63,207 nt of DNA from contig JAPEUG010000059.1 of assembly GCA_026025795.1 (NCBI GenBank), positions 1-63,207 of the forward strand, given 5' to 3'. The translations under genes were made by a program, and so were the position numbers. The first letter of the stretch is position 1; each line of letters begins with the position of its first letter. Source of the DNA: Thelocarpon superellum. Taxonomy: Eukaryota. Positions 22,957 through 37,607 of this stretch are shown piece by piece. The notes below the pieces were generated by a model. It ran no database searches. It was not told the origin of the DNA and was given only the letters and a program-made list of their open reading frames with translations.

Positions 22957-25900
22957 ATGGCGACGACGCGCCCCGACGACGATGGCTCCGAGGATGTCCA
23001 GGACTTTCTCCAGCGCATCCGAGAGCTAGGGGACAAACGCGATCGCGAGGATGAGGAACGCACCAAGAAGTTAGAAGAGGAGATCTTACAGGGCCGCAAA
23101 GAGAGGCAGGCGCGACGCGCGGGTGAGTGCACTCTGCCAGAGCAACCTCTGCCATCGATCCCCCTGGCCCATCACACTGCCAGGGGGTCACAATGCTGCC
23201 ACAACCTCGTGCATCACGTCCACACGCTCCAGTGACTATCAACTGGAGACGTGAATGGTGAATGGTCAATGGTGGATGCGTGTGCTGACCCCAGTCTCGA
23301 TAATTCTTAGAGCGGGCCCGATCCCTCTCGCCCACCAAAGATTCGCCCATCAGCACTCCGCCCTCGTCGCGGGGCTTGGCCATTGGCACCCCGACCCGTG
23401 ATATGCCGTTCCCTTCGCCACCGCCTCACCTGAAGTACCCGTCTGGTCAAGGCGTCGAAGACCTGTCCCCCTCGACCCACTCGACGCGGTTTTCGCCAGA
23501 CGCGCCGCCAGCTCGTCTCACCGGCTCACGCCCTTCGCCCAGCGCCGCCATGGCACCATCCTCGACCTCCCCCCTGGCCTGGCAGCGACGACCTGACGCG
23601 CAGGCCACAGCAGAGATCCAGACGCGTCCCCTGCCGCCTTTTGCCGGAGACGCCGGCTCCCCCATGTCCTCGACCGCTGCCGCGGATGGGGGATCCATCG
23701 CTCCCCACGGCGTGGAAGCGTCCAAAGAAGAAATCGCCCATGCTCTGGCCGGCAAAGACCCTGCTTGGTTCCGACAAACGGCGGATCGAGGCCGAACCTC
23801 ACCTGCATATCGCCGTGACCCCGGGACCGTCATGGACGAGCCGGCAAGCGATCGTAGACTCCAGCTACCGGGAATGTCAGGTACCTCTACCTTCGAAGCC
23901 CCACGTGGAGGCGACCTGGGTGACACTCGTCGCTCCCCGTCACCCTCCCGCAACAACTCGGTGGGGAGCAGTGGCATGGGCAGTCTCAGCATCGAGACGA
24001 CGAAAACGCCCACAGATCTCGATCGCACGGGTCCGTGGCCTGCCCCGGCCCCGCTGCGACTGGCGCCTACTTCTCCCGACAATCCTTCTTCCAATGGGGT
24101 TAGTCTGCAGCATCCACCCAACGTGGGCCGGAACCTTGCCATGTCGCCATCCCAAGGTCGTATCTCACCTGAGCGGCCACACTCGCCGACCAAGGGGCTG
24201 GGTGGCTTCGTGCAAAGCGCCATGATGAAGCGCTCTGATAGCGTCAACAAACGATGGAGCACTCAATCCAATACCACCCTGAGTCGTGGGGACTCCTTCA
24301 TTAGTGATCGGTCTGGACCCGCGGGCTCCAGCCGGTCCCGTCCTACCAGCCCCACCAAACACGATCCGTCGCCTACAGATACGATAGGAGTGAGATCGAA
24401 TGGTCACCGGGACTCGTTCGACCAGGGTGTCTCCGTCACTGCCGCGAGGAATGCCAAAGAAAACGAAAGACTGGCGACTCCCGACGTGAAGGTTGCAGGT
24501 CGAGATGGGACCCGGATCAAGGATTATGCTCCCAGCCAGGTCTCTGGGGACATCCCGGCCAAGGTGGAGAGCGCAGCTCTACACGTGGTGACCACGCCGC
24601 CGGCGAGCCCGACCAAAACCTTCGAACAGAAGCGATGGAGCCCCACGAAAGCGAGCTGGCTCGAGAGCGCGCTCAACAAAGGGCCGGAGTCGCCCAAACC
24701 TAAGGCGTCGGCGTCGCAACAGCCGAATTGGATGACGGAGATCAACAAGACGAAGCGGCAACGTGAGAGCGTGGACCTCGATCGAGGTTCGGACTTCAAG
24801 GAGATTAGCACCGGTGGTCTCCTTCGTGCGCCGCCGCTCGGTGGGCCGCCCAAGGCCCTGACCATCAGTGGACTCCCGCCGGGCTTTAGCTCTGGGGTAG
24901 TAACGAAGGGATTGCCCGACAGCAGTAAGACCATGCCCCTGCCGGCACGCTCCCCGTTGGCCACGACGTCCCTCTCCTCGTCCCGCGGCCATGCGAACCT
25001 ACCCGAGTCCACGACGACCACGGCCCCAAGTACCACCTACGAACGCAAGCGCTCTCCACCGCCCATCAAGCCGAAGCCTGATACGCCGCCGAAAAATCTC
25101 CGCGACACCCTCAAACCGCGGCAGGGCCCGGGAGACAACCGTGGACAGGACGTGCCCGAGTTCAAAAACGTCTTTGGCAAGCTCAAGCGCACTACGACGC
25201 AGAATTACGTGGCGCCGGATGAGCTGAAGAACAACATCCTGCGCGGGAAAGCGGGACTGGCAGCCACGGGAGGCCCGAAGAAGAGCGAGCGGAAGGATGA
25301 GTTCAAGGAGAGCTTGCTCAAACAGAAAGAAGCCATGAAGCTCAAGGCTGCACAGGAGGCGGGCACGACGCCCAGCCATGCGCGTGACGAGGCACCGATG
25401 ATTCCCGAGGCGGTTGCCAGGAAGCAGAGCCTCACCAAGCCCGCTCTTGCGTCTGAGCAGGATCGTCCCTCGAGCACTAGCTCGAGCCCGCCCACAGCCG
25501 TCGGGGTGCAACAGGTTATACCAGACAAGGCGAAGCCCAGCCCGCCAGAGAGAGGCAGTAGCGGAGCAACGGCACCCGCGAAAGAATCGGTCGCGAGCGG
25601 GAAGTTGGCCGCCCGATTTAATCCTGCCCTGGCTGGTCTGCTCGCCCGTGGTCCCCCTTCTACCTCGAGCACCGGTGGAGGGGATCGTACGTCGACTCTC
25701 ACCCCCTCCATGACGACAGCACGACAGAGCTCGCGGGGTTCCGAATCCGACTCCAGCGCCACGATTCGCTTAACCCACATGACCAAGGCACGAGCGCGGG
25801 GCCCCAAGCGGCGCCTACCAGGGGCCAAGGAGCGGGAGGTCTCGAGCGATGCTTCCCAGCTTGCTCCAGTGCCCGCGTTGTCCTCCAGAGCCTCGAAAGT

Positions 25901-27801
25901 TTTCTCCCAACCTTCGTCGCCAACGCGGGTCGATGGCTCGCAAGCTCCAGCATCCGACCTGGCTAAGGAGCCGACGGCGGCGCCCCCCGAGCCAAGTTCT
26001 CTCCGTGGCGTGGAGAACGTGCCCCCCCGTCAAGCGGCCGTCGCCAGTCCACTGTCGCTTGGGTCACTGCTTTCCCAGGCCCCGAATCTAGGACCGCCGA
26101 TGTCGAAATCGCGTGCGTGGTCGCGTCCGCTCGAGCCCAAGGGCGAAGCGTCCCCGACCCCATCGCCCACCAAAGCTGCCGTGAGCGGTCCCCGGGAGCT
26201 CCCCTCTCCGTCTCACTCGGCGCGGTCAAGCAAGTCGCCGCTGGACAGTGCACCGTCACCCGCCACGAGCTCGTTTGAGAAGCGGTCTCCGACGTCGCAA
26301 CACTCTCCCATGGCACGGGCTGTCGGCGGCGTGGTGTTGCCCGGCTCCCCTACGACCAGTGGCTTCGTTTCTGGACTAAACTCTCCCCGATCGCCCCAGT
26401 CGGCGGCCGACCGACGCGCGAACTTCTTCAAGCAAGCCCTCCCGGGATCGATCCCGTCCAGTCCGCGGGGGCCAACTGCCTCGACGACGGAGGTGCAAGA
26501 CCCGCTCGTGGCGGACGCAGGCACGGCGCAGCGACTGCTCATGGACTTCTTTGAGGCGCAGCGCAAGCCGGCGACCAGCGTCGACGTCGACACGCAGATG
26601 CTTGCGGGTGCCGAGGATGGGGAGTCGAAGATTCGGACGACCAAGACGCAGATCTGGCAAATCAGTGGCGATGGCAAGATGCAGACGCTTCCTTCCCACC
26701 AGCAGCATATTCTCTTCGAGGACCATATGTACCTCTGCACGCACGTCTTTGACGGAGCGGCGGAGAGCGGCGGCACGGAGGTGTACCTCTGGGTGGGCGA
26801 CAACGTGGCGCCCTCGGACGTGGAGGATGTACAGCTCTTTTCGCGGAAGATGGCACGAGAGCACGACGCCCGCCTGCTCACCTGCCGTCAGGGCAAGGAA
26901 CCGTCGAATTTGTTCCAGGCGCTTGGCGGCATCCTCATCACGCGTCGGGGGTCTAGCGCGCGGGCAGATGGGAGCAGTGCGTACATGCTGTGTGGACGTC
27001 GTCATCTAGGTCACATTGCCTTTGACGAGGTCGACATGACCGTCGGCCGTCTCTGTCCCGGCTTCCCCTACATCATCTCGTCAGCCACGGGCAAGGCGTA
27101 TCTGTGGCGCGGGCGCGGCAGCAGCGTGGACGAATTGAGCTCTGCACGACTGATCGGTATGGACCTTGGACTCACCGGGGCCTTGGACGAGATCGAAGAC
27201 GGCGCAGAACCGGCCGAATTCTTCCGCATCTTCGGCACCGGCGGGCCCGCGGCCACGCCCGAGCATGCGGACCATTGGCCGTTGAAGCCAAACCACACCA
27301 GCTATCGGACGCGCCTGTTCCGCGTGGATGCTGGCAAACCGACCCAAGTACGCCACCTCGTTCAACCAGTCCTCACGGTTCACTGACAGACCACCCAGAT
27401 GACCGCCATCGAACCGTTCTCGCAGGCCGACCTCGACGCCTCACATATCTATTGCGTGGACGCCTATTTCGAACTGTACATGTGAGTCGCTTCCTTGTCT
27501 CGCCAATGGTCGATGAGACTAATCCGGGACCAGTCTTGTGGGCGCCCGTGCCCAGAGTCTGCTGGCGGAGTTCAAGACCGCGCTCATGTTCGCGCAAGAG
27601 TATGGCATCTTGGCCGCGTCGCTGGAAGATCGACCCTTTGTGCCGGTCAGTATGGTGGTGTTGCGCGGTGTACCGGTCAATCTTCAGGCCGTCTTCCGGA
27701 AATGGGAGGACGCGAAGTTGGTCACGACCCGACCGTCCACCGGTCAGCCGCCCGTGACGATGATCACCCTGAGCGCTGCGATTGAGGCGACGCGAGAGTA
27801 G
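22957..27801 (+). CDS. DUF4045-type low-complexity protein with C-terminal gelsolin/villin-like repeats
   Basis: N-terminal DVQDFLQRIRELGDKRDREDEERTKKLEEEILQGRKERQARRAERARSLSP; GGFVQSAMMKRSDSVNKRW; EVYLWVG and AYLWRGRGS gelsolin-like strands; introns 23123-23310, about 27348-27398 and about 27483-27533. Confidence 0.85.
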
Positions 27802-28173
27802 GGGGGGAAAAGCGATGGTGGAGATGAGATTGTTCTCCGCAGCGCTCTATGGCATGGAAGCAACCGGTCTGGCTGGTGGCGTTGAGCTCCACCTTTGCTT
27901 CTCTCTTCTATTTCTTTTCCTACCGCTCAGGGAGGATATGGTGTTCTGTGTCAGGTACCAGTCCTTTACCGCGACTCAGACGGACACGATCGTTGGCACG
28001 CTGTAGCGCTCGTCCACAGTTACTCCAAGCATAGTGTACGAATAACGAAGACGTGGCCGGCTGTACCATAGCTCAAGATCACGAGGATCCTTGGTAGCGT
28101 CGGATATGATGTCGTATCGTGGAAGAAGCATCTCAGGGTCTCGTGCTGGCCAACGCTCACTTCGGTCCACCTA

Positions 28174-28366
28174 GGAGCCAGGAGCCGCGACGTCCGACGA
28201 TAGAATTAGCTAGCTTGCTTCGTACTCGTATATGAGAAGCTAAGAGTCCTGTCAAATGTCGCGGCTCCCGGCCCCCATGAGCGTAGGAAGTCACGATTGA
28301 TTATCTCGAGCAACTATTTTCTACATCTGGGAGCCAGGAGCCAAGACGTTCAACGATAGAGTTAGC
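28174..28366. repeat. Three-copy 25-37 bp repeat (direct, inverted, direct)
   Basis: 28174-28210 vs 28330-28366 match at 32/37; inverted copy 28251-28275 matches at 20/25. Confidence 0.8.
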
Positions 28367-28857
28367 GTGCTTTCGTATGGCCACTCTCTCCTGTGTCGAA
28401 GTCATTAGCGAGATGCACGACCAGGTAAGATGGGAACCGACCGGGCGGCTCAACCAGCGAACATAACTAAGTTAACTAACTAACCGGCCAATCATATTCA
28501 ACCTAACCGTGGCTGTAGTGCGCGACCGGCGCCACCGGCTCCCGTACTCACTCCTAGTAAGTCAGGCCAAATACGTTGCCTTTACGCCGTCCGCTGTAGT
28601 GACGCTGATGCCGTCCGCCGTAGTGACGCTGGTCGGTCTCGTGAATTTGTCCAGAGGCCACGATTGCGCCGTAACTGGTATCGACCTTTTCCACCCTTGA
28701 TGCCACCCACTCTCTCGACCTCCTCGGCACTGGGTGTGCGCTGGTCCTGAGAGCTTCTAGATCCCGTCTCATCCGTGAGGGTCACGGTGTCTCCGTTATA
28801 CCTTGCGCAGATCCTGGGCGCAGTGGAAGAGCCGTCAGGCTTCTTGCAGCAGTCAAG

Positions 28858-31330
28858 ATGTCCACCGACTACAACTACGATGATCAGGTTGGTAGATGTG
28901 CAGCACATCATGGTTCTTGTGACTGAATTGCGGTCGCAGGGTCAATTCTTCCCTTATTTCATCTTGACCGTCACCGGCCTGGTTACCATTCCGCTGACCT
29001 ATTCCCTCCTCAAACCGAGCAAAGGTAGCAGATCATTCGTCGGACCGGAGATATCCAGACTAACCTTCGTCAGACTTAGAGAACACGGCGCCGCGGATAA
29101 AGTCTTCCTTTAGGCCCCCACATGCCGACCTGATCGACGGTCAGAAACGCAAGCAATGGCGGCGCGAGCGGAGGATCAAGAGAATCATCACGGTCGTGAT
29201 CGGATGGGGAGCCATGGCATGGATGGTGTACTTGATCATCGTGACGGCCACACTGGTTCCGAAGCTATGGGATCCGTATGATATCCTCGATATCTCGCGA
29301 GTATGTTCCGACGCAAGCCTTCCTCCACCTACCCAGCTAACCCGCCCAGTCGGCCGACGAGAAAGCCATCAAGTCACACTACAAACGCCTGTCGCTCAAA
29401 TACCACCCCGACAAGATCCGACCTGATCCAGCGCTGAACGAGACCATGGAGACGCTCAACGAACGCTTCGTCGATCTCACCAAGGCCTACAAGGCCTTGA
29501 CGGACGAGGAAGTACGCAATAACTTCATTCAATATGGTCATCCAGACGGCAAGCAGAGTTTCAGCATCGGCATCGCCCTACCCAAGTTCATCGTGACCGA
29601 CGGGAATGGTAAGTACGTCTTGCTGGTGTACGGCCTCCTCCTGGGCGTGCTATTGCCATATGTGGTGGGGAAGTGGTGGTACGGCAGTCAGCGGGTGACC
29701 AAGGAGAAGGTCCTGGTGGCAAGCGCCGGGAAGATCTTCACCGAGTACGAGGAGTCTCTGAGTCAAGCTGCGACGGTGCGGGTGCTGAGCGCTGGTGAGG
29801 AATACCGGGATGTCTTAAGCAAGGGTCGAGCGGAGAGCGGGTTAAATACGATCGAGGCGCGGACGATTGGAGAGAGTGGAGCGGAGACGATCCAGAGAAG
29901 CCTGACCGCCGCCGAGCGCACCAAGTGGGAGCGATTGGATATTGGGGTGCGACGGAAGGCGCTCGCCCTGCTCTGGGCCTATCTCGGGCGGGTTGAGCTG
30001 GGCGAGATGAGCCTGGACGATGGTAGGAGAGCCCCTGCGAAGCGATGAGAATCGAGGCGATGAATCATGCTGACCCATCACAGAGAAGTACGAAGTTGCG
30101 CCGATTGCCCTGGCGTTGAATGAATCGTTCCTCGCGATCGCGCTGGCCTTTGGCAACACCGCTCCCATCCTCTCCTCCTTTCGTACCTCTCAAAACCTCA
30201 TCCAGGCCCTTCCACCCGGCGCGTCACCTTTGTTACAGCTCCCCCACATCACCGATGCCGTCGCACAGGCCATCGACGGTCCGGGTGCGAAGACGCATGC
30301 AACGATCCAACAATTCATGCGCATGTCGGACGACAAGCGGCGCCATGTCGCCATCGGACCGGGTCTGCTTTCGGACGGCCAATACCAGACGGCCATGGCG
30401 GTGGCGAGGCAGATCCCGGTGCTCAGGGTGGAAAAGGCCTTTTTCAAAGTGACGGGTGAGCGTTTCATCACTCCCAGTAGCCTGGTGCAGTTCGTGGTGA
30501 AGGCGCGTTTCGTGCCACCGGGGCGGGACAACCTGCCAGCCATCAACCCCTCGGACCTCGAAGACGTGGATCCGGACGAGGGTGACCTGACCGCCATTCT
30601 CGGGCGGGCATCGAAGAAGGGCGGGTCGACAGTGAAGACCGCCTCAGCCACCAAACCCTCTAACGCGGCGGCGATCCAAGCCCCGTTGGCCTACGCGCCT
30701 TACTTTGCGCGCGACCACTCGCCACGATGGCACGTCTTCCTCGCCGACAGCAAGCAGGGCAAGATGGCGGTGCCGCCGTTCACATTCAGCGTGTTCACCG
30801 AACCCCTCTTCAGTAGCACCAACCCCGCGGAGCCCAGTTTCGCCATGCAGACACTCAAGATGCAGTTCCAGGCCCCGCCGCAGCCGGGCCAGTACACCTT
30901 TGCGATGCACCTCATTTGCGACAGCTACGTCGGCATGGACTCGACCATGGAGGTGACGTTGCCCGTTGAAGACGCTGCCCGGGCCGAGGCGATGGTGGCC
31001 GAAGACGACATCAGTGAGCCTGATGAGGGTGCGTTTCCCCCCCGTTTCCCCCTTGTCTCGTCATCTTCCCCCTCTCCTCCACGAACCTGTCCACTCACCA
31101 TGCTAATCTACGTGGCAGACTCACTCGCAGGACAAATGCACGCGCTCAAAACAGGCGGCATCTCCACCGCGACGAGCGGCGGGCCGAAGCGATCCCGCCC
31201 GCGAAAGCGAGCGAGCGACGAGTCGGACGAGGAAGATGACGATGAGAGCGATACCGAGGGCGAAGACGGCGAAGACGAGGACGCTTCAGCTACCGATACC
31301 GAGACGGAAAGTGAAGGGGAGGGAGACTAG
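28858..31330 (+). CDS. SEC63: ER translocon J-domain subunit Sec63
   Basis: MSTDYNYDDQ|GQFFPYF; WDPYDIL; HPD J-domain motif (YHPDKI); YGHPDGKQSFSIGIALP; CDSYVG; acidic tail; multiple introns. Confidence 0.96.
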
Positions 31331-31541
31331 ATGTTCTCACAACAGTTACCGATTCAACACCTCTCTGGGCCAGAGTGGATTCTGGAGGAAGAGAGGGATG
31401 GAGGTGAGGAGCGCGGGGACGGTTATCATTTAGTTCTCATGCTGTTCTTCTATCGTGTGTCGTGTATCGTGTATGCATTCAATGCGTGTCTCCATGTATC
31501 CATATATTCAGGAAGAAGAAGAAGAACGCGCAGAGTCCTCT

Positions 31542-33447
31542 TCAAGAAACGCCAGAGCGGCTGCTGCTGGGCCGCGCAGACGCCTGATGCACGCCATGAC
31601 GGCTCTTCTCCGCATCTTCGCCTTCATCCCCCCCCGCACCCGCACCCGCACCCACACGCGTACGCGGGCCACCAAGCCAGCCCTGCTCCGTCTCGAGGGC
31701 GCGGTCGAGCGAGATCTCCTGCGTGCCCAAACTGCTCAGAAGGCCCAGACCCGCCAACGCAGCCATGGTGGCCCAGACGACGCGCAACGCATCCACGTAC
31801 GCCTGGACGAGCTGGCCCTTCATCTCCACCTTCTCCCGCGGCAGCGAAGCCAGCAGCTCGACGAGCGCGCTCGCGTCTGCGCTGTACTCGCCCGCGAAGG
31901 GCGCGAGCTGCGGCTGCGCGGCCAGGTTGCGCGCCATGCGGTTCTGGAACACCACGCCGCCCATCGCCACACCTAGCGCTTGCCCCAAGGCGCGGAAGAA
32001 GCTAAACAACGCCGCGGCAAACGGGAGGTCCGCGTTCGAAGCGGGCGCCTGCGTCGCGAAGCTCATTGCCGAGAATAACATGCCCAGACCCAGGCCGGAG
32101 ACGAGGTTCAGTAGGATCCAGCTGTGCGTGGGCGTGCTGGCTGTCAGCAGCGTGAGCAGGCTGCATCCGAGCGTGGCGAGGCTCCAGCCTGCCCAGATCG
32201 CCCATCGGTATCGTCCGAGCCGCGTGATCATCACCCCGACGATGAGAGATGCCGGTGCAACGGTGAAGGTTTGTGGGAAGAGGGCCACGCCTGACATTAT
32301 CGGGCTCATCGATCGCGCCGCCTCGTAGTAGAGCGGTAGGTAGTACAGGATCGACCAAACCTGGACACGTACAGTTAGAAGATTTTGGCTCGAGAGGGCG
32401 AGAAGAGAGGGGAGGGAAGGAGAGAGGAAGGAACAGGGCAGAGGTGCTTACAATGGCCCCGTGCAGCACTGTGCCGAAATACGACACCAGCGCCGTCCGG
32501 GATCGGAACATGCTTCCGCGGATGAGTGGCTCCGAGGGGACCAATTGCTCGTAGACGACGAAGACCAGGAGTCCGCACGCACCAACGGAGAGCGGCACCA
32601 GCGTGCGCCAGTGGTTCCAGGGATACAGGACCCCGCCCCAGCTCAATGGGACAAGGAAGCTGGTAGTGGAGGCGATGAAGATGGCCGAACCGACCCAGTC
32701 TACCCGCTTCAGCTGCGACAGGAACGGCCTACGCTGGAAGTGCAGACGGAGAAAGAGCGGGATCATGGCAAAGGCGAGGCCGCAGAAGGGCAGATTGGTC
32801 CAGAAGATCCATCGCCATGACACCTTCTGCGCAAAGGCGCCACCCAGGATCGGCCCGCTGACGGCCCCGATCGCCCATTGCAGGCTGATCAGACCAAACC
32901 ATTTCCCGCGCTCACGCAGCGTCACGAGGTCCGTCACGATGACATACGTCAGCGCGATGATCCCACCCCCGCCCACTCCTTGGATCGATCGGCCCAGCAG
33001 GAGGACGGTGAAGGTATTGGCGAGACTGCAGACGATGGCACCGATGGTGAAGAGCATCAATGCGGCCAGAATCAGGGGCTTGCGGCCGAAGATGTGTGAG
33101 AACAGGGCCCAAGTCGGTTGAAACACGGTCGACGTGAGGAGGAAGGAGATGGCGGACCAGAAGGCTTCGATTGCGGTCCCGCCTAGTTTCTGGGAAATGA
33201 TCTGTCGGTCGCGTTAGTGGGCGTGTTCTCTATATCTAAGGAGGCGAGAGAGAGGGGGGGGAGAGATATTTACCGGCAGAGACACGGACAGTGCTGTCCC
33301 ATCAATGGCACAGATGAGGTTCACGAGACATAAGCAGGCAAATGCGGCGTGAAATCGCCAGCCACGTCGATCATTCTCCTCCGTTTCGGTATGGGTCTCG
33401 CTCGCGGGGTTGAGCTTGGACTCGGAGGAATTGGCATTGGAGGACAT
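31542..33447 (-). CDS. MFS drug:H+ antiporter (DHA2/14-TM efflux pump)
   Basis: SHIFGRKP, GRSIQGVGGGG, DLVTLRERGKW, WRWIFWTNLP; introns 33273-33202 and 32451-32361. Confidence 0.92.
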
Positions 33448-34191
33448 GGTGGATGAAGGGTAGACAACAACGGTCGCGGTGTGATGATTCGGGGGCCGAG
33501 TTCAAAGCTGGACGTTTCAGAGTAGCAATCTCAGGAGAAGATTTGCAGTGGCAACGGTCTAGATCAGCACTTACTCCCCTTGGGCTCGACGTGTCAATAA
33601 CACCGCGTCATGTCTGACGCCGACATTCGGTTTGCACCGGGTATGCACACTAGAGCAAGGCAGGAGACCGCACAGGCTTTACACCGAGACACCTTGATGC
33701 CCATAGAAGGCGGGTCGTGAAAGGCGTCATGGATCGTGAGATGAGTGCACATGTGAGTAACATGGCCAACGGTCGATCATTGGGGCAATATCGGTCAATC
33801 GGGTGTGTTGACGGTGTGTGCGAATCTCGTGAACACTGCTGCGTGGATAATGAGGACGCCCCGGAGAGAACAACTCGTTCTCCCTTGGGTACCTGCATGA
33901 GCCGTGAAGGCGGTCAAGGAGAGCGAACACAATCGGATGATGGATCGGCCGGCAGGACTTATTCCGTAGGGGGTGTCGTCCGGGATCAAGACGCGAGCTG
34001 GACTGAAGATACCCGTGTCATGACGTTATGCGTCTCCATGGATTGAGAAAGGCGTGTCAGCTGGCCAACGATGACATGCACACATGCGAGGTCGAGTTCG
34101 AATTTGAGCACAGCACAGCACAGCACATCGATGCATCGGACAGCGGGACGAATACCATATACCAACTAGATTCATCAGACAGTTACCCTGT

Positions 34192-35823
34192 TCAGAGATA
34201 GTCCAGGATGGCGCTGGCTTGCGCTTCGCCTCCATGCATTAGATCAAAGCTCTCCTCGCTGCCAAGCATGCTCAAGCCCATGCCATCTCGGGCACGAGCG
34301 CCTTCAACGAGCAAGCCTCCCTCCTCCTGCTCGGTGATGGCCACAATCTTCTCCTCCAGCGGCAGGCGATGGCCCTCGTCGTCGGCCAGCAGGTAGCGCC
34401 GATGCCAGTCTCCGACAAACATGCCGTCGGGATCAGCGTCGTCTCGGACGCGGAGCCAGTCCTCGAGTCGGTCACCATACATGTGCATCAGGTCGGCGTG
34501 GGAGACGGTGAGGAAGTTCTTGGCCCAGTGAGGCCGCCCACCCAACTCTTTCATCAGATGTTCAAAGGCGGCGTAGTAGGGGAGCCGGCAGGGCGGATCG
34601 GCATGGTAGGGACGATAGAGGGTGGCATTCAGATATAGCGTCGGCCCATTCGTGGCCGTGTTGTCGAGATAAGGACGAGGCGCGGTAGCCGTGCTGTCAG
34701 TCACGCGCACCTCGATGGGCGCGTGGACAAAAACGCCGCGCGACGAGACGGGGATCTTCGCCGTCTGCTCGTCGCCGTTCAACCAGGCCGAGAGACGGGT
34801 TAAGGCTTCGGGACCTTTCTCGAGCGGAATGGCCCATTCGTTGACGAACTGCGAGTAGAGACAATCCATCAGGAGCCCCTTGTGTCCATCCTCGACGGCA
34901 GATGCCACGTGGCCGTCGCGGAAGCCGTATTGCATGCCGAAGACGAACCACTCGATCCACGGCAGCAGGCGCGGCGCCCACTGGGCCACGTAGAGCAGCG
35001 ACTGGTAGGTATGGAAGCCAATTTTGCCGCCGTACCACGTCCTTGGCAATGTCGACACGGATTTGCTCGTCTTCTCTGCCCTCCACACTACCGCTCGTTT
35101 GCCGTACGGCAGCCACCAGACTCGGGTGTACTCGGCCTGCGTCCACAGTCCCGTCCGCCACTCGGTCAAGACCTGGTCGAGCGGCTGGATCCGTTGGTTC
35201 CATTCGATATGAAAGGCAGGAACCGCACGGAAAGTGATCTCGGTGATGATGCCGAGGGCGCCCAAGGAGACCAAGGCCGCCCGAAAGAGCTCCGGATTTT
35301 GCTGGGCCGTACAGGAGACGGTGCGGCCGTTGGCGAGCATGATGCGCAGACCGATCACCGACTGGGAGAGGATGCCATGCGAGAGACTCGAGCCGTGCGT
35401 CCCAGTCCCGATGGCACCGGCGATGGACTGCTCGTCGATGCTGCCCAGGTTCGGCATGGCCAGGCCATGCTTCTGCAGCTCCGTGCCCAGGTCGCGAAGC
35501 CTGATCCCACTCTGGATGACGATCACGTGGGCAGGTGGGTCGATGGCGATGACCGCGCTGAAATCGTCGAGGTTGATCAGCCAGCTCGAGGTACAGGAAA
35601 GGTCGCTCGGTGAGTGGCCGGAGCCGACGACGGTGAGGCGCTGTCGACACCGTCGCGCCAGCGTGACGATCTTCTGGATCTCGGCTGCGGAGCGGGGTCG
35701 CAGATAGAGCTGAGGACGCGAGACGAAGGTGCGCGCCCATGTCTGGTGCCGGTGGCCGGTGACGGCGCGAAAGGGGATGGAGTCCTCGAGCCTCTCCAAC
35801 TCGGCCTGGACGATCGGGTCCAT
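34192..35823 (-). CDS. ALO1: D-arabinono-1,4-lactone oxidase
   Basis: VGSGHSPSD covalent-FAD motif, LGSIDEQSIAGAIGTGTHGS, HAPIEVR, GRPHWAKNF; intronless; ATG at 35823. Confidence 0.94.
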   Translation of the reverse strand: MDPIVQAELERLEDSIPFRAVTGHRHQTWARTFVSRPQLYLRPRSAAEIQKIVTLARRCRQRLTVVGSGHSPSDLSCTSSWLINLDDFSAVIAIDPPAHVIVIQSGIRLRDLGTELQKHGLAMPNLGSIDEQSIAGAIGTGTHGSSLSHGILSQSVIGLRIMLANGRTVSCTAQQNPELFRAALVSLGALGIITEITFRAVPAFHIEWNQRIQPLDQVLTEWRTGLWTQAEYTRVWWLPYGKRAVVWRAEKTSKSVSTLPRTWYGGKIGFHTYQSLLYVAQWAPRLLPWIEWFVFGMQYGFRDGHVASAVEDGHKGLLMDCLYSQFVNEWAIPLEKGPEALTRLSAWLNGDEQTAKIPVSSRGVFVHAPIEVRVTDSTATAPRPYLDNTATNGPTLYLNATLYRPYHADPPCRLPYYAAFEHLMKELGGRPHWAKNFLTVSHADLMHMYGDRLEDWLRVRDDADPDGMFVGDWHRRYLLADDEGHRLPLEEKIVAITEQEEGGLLVEGARARDGMGLSMLGSEESFDLMHGGEAQASAILDYL

Positions 35824-36292
35824 GGCGATGAGCTGCGTCGAGTTGTTCCGGCTGGAGCTTTCGGAGCTATCGGAGCTGATGTCGTCGCGCGTCAAGACCG
35901 CGTCGTCTTGACATGGCGGATGCGAGGCGGTTACGTGCCGTGGACCTTGTCCGCGTGATGAGGATGCGGCGATGGAGCTGGATCAATGATGTGACCCCGT
36001 CCATGCCGCCGATCCCGCCGGCCGCGTGGACCTTCACGGTTCAGGTATAGCGCGGGATGGCCCGCCTAGACGCCGGACGGGCGCCAGCGCCCTACAGGCG
36101 TCTACGAGTACCGCCGTTTAACTGAGGCCTCGAGACCGCACAAATTCTGGATGGATGTGCCCGCGCTCAAACAAATCATCGGCTTCCCCGCAGCCTTGCG
36201 CACCCTTGGCCGCCTGCCTCATGGATTGAACCATTGAGCTCCCCAGATCCTATTCTCTGATTAGCTTCAGCCTCAGCTTCAGAGTGCCAAAC

Positions 36293-37330
<1,038 letters not shown>

Positions 37331-37607
37331 GGACCGGGGTCTCACGGCGAATCGTCCCGTCATGCCTACCCCAGCGTTGGCCACTTTTAGATACCAAGCA
37401 CCACACACTTGCGGTCACCACGTAGATCAGCCTGCACATTCCAGGACCTAGCTTGGTGACTTTGCATTGGGGTGAGCCGAGGACGCCCGCTCGAGTCGCT
37501 CGGTTACATCAGACGAAGAGCCTCCCGACACCCTCACGCACCCATCGACCGTCAACCTCAGCACCGTGACGAGGCTCCGGACGAGCATGACCGCGACACC
37601 GTGAACG

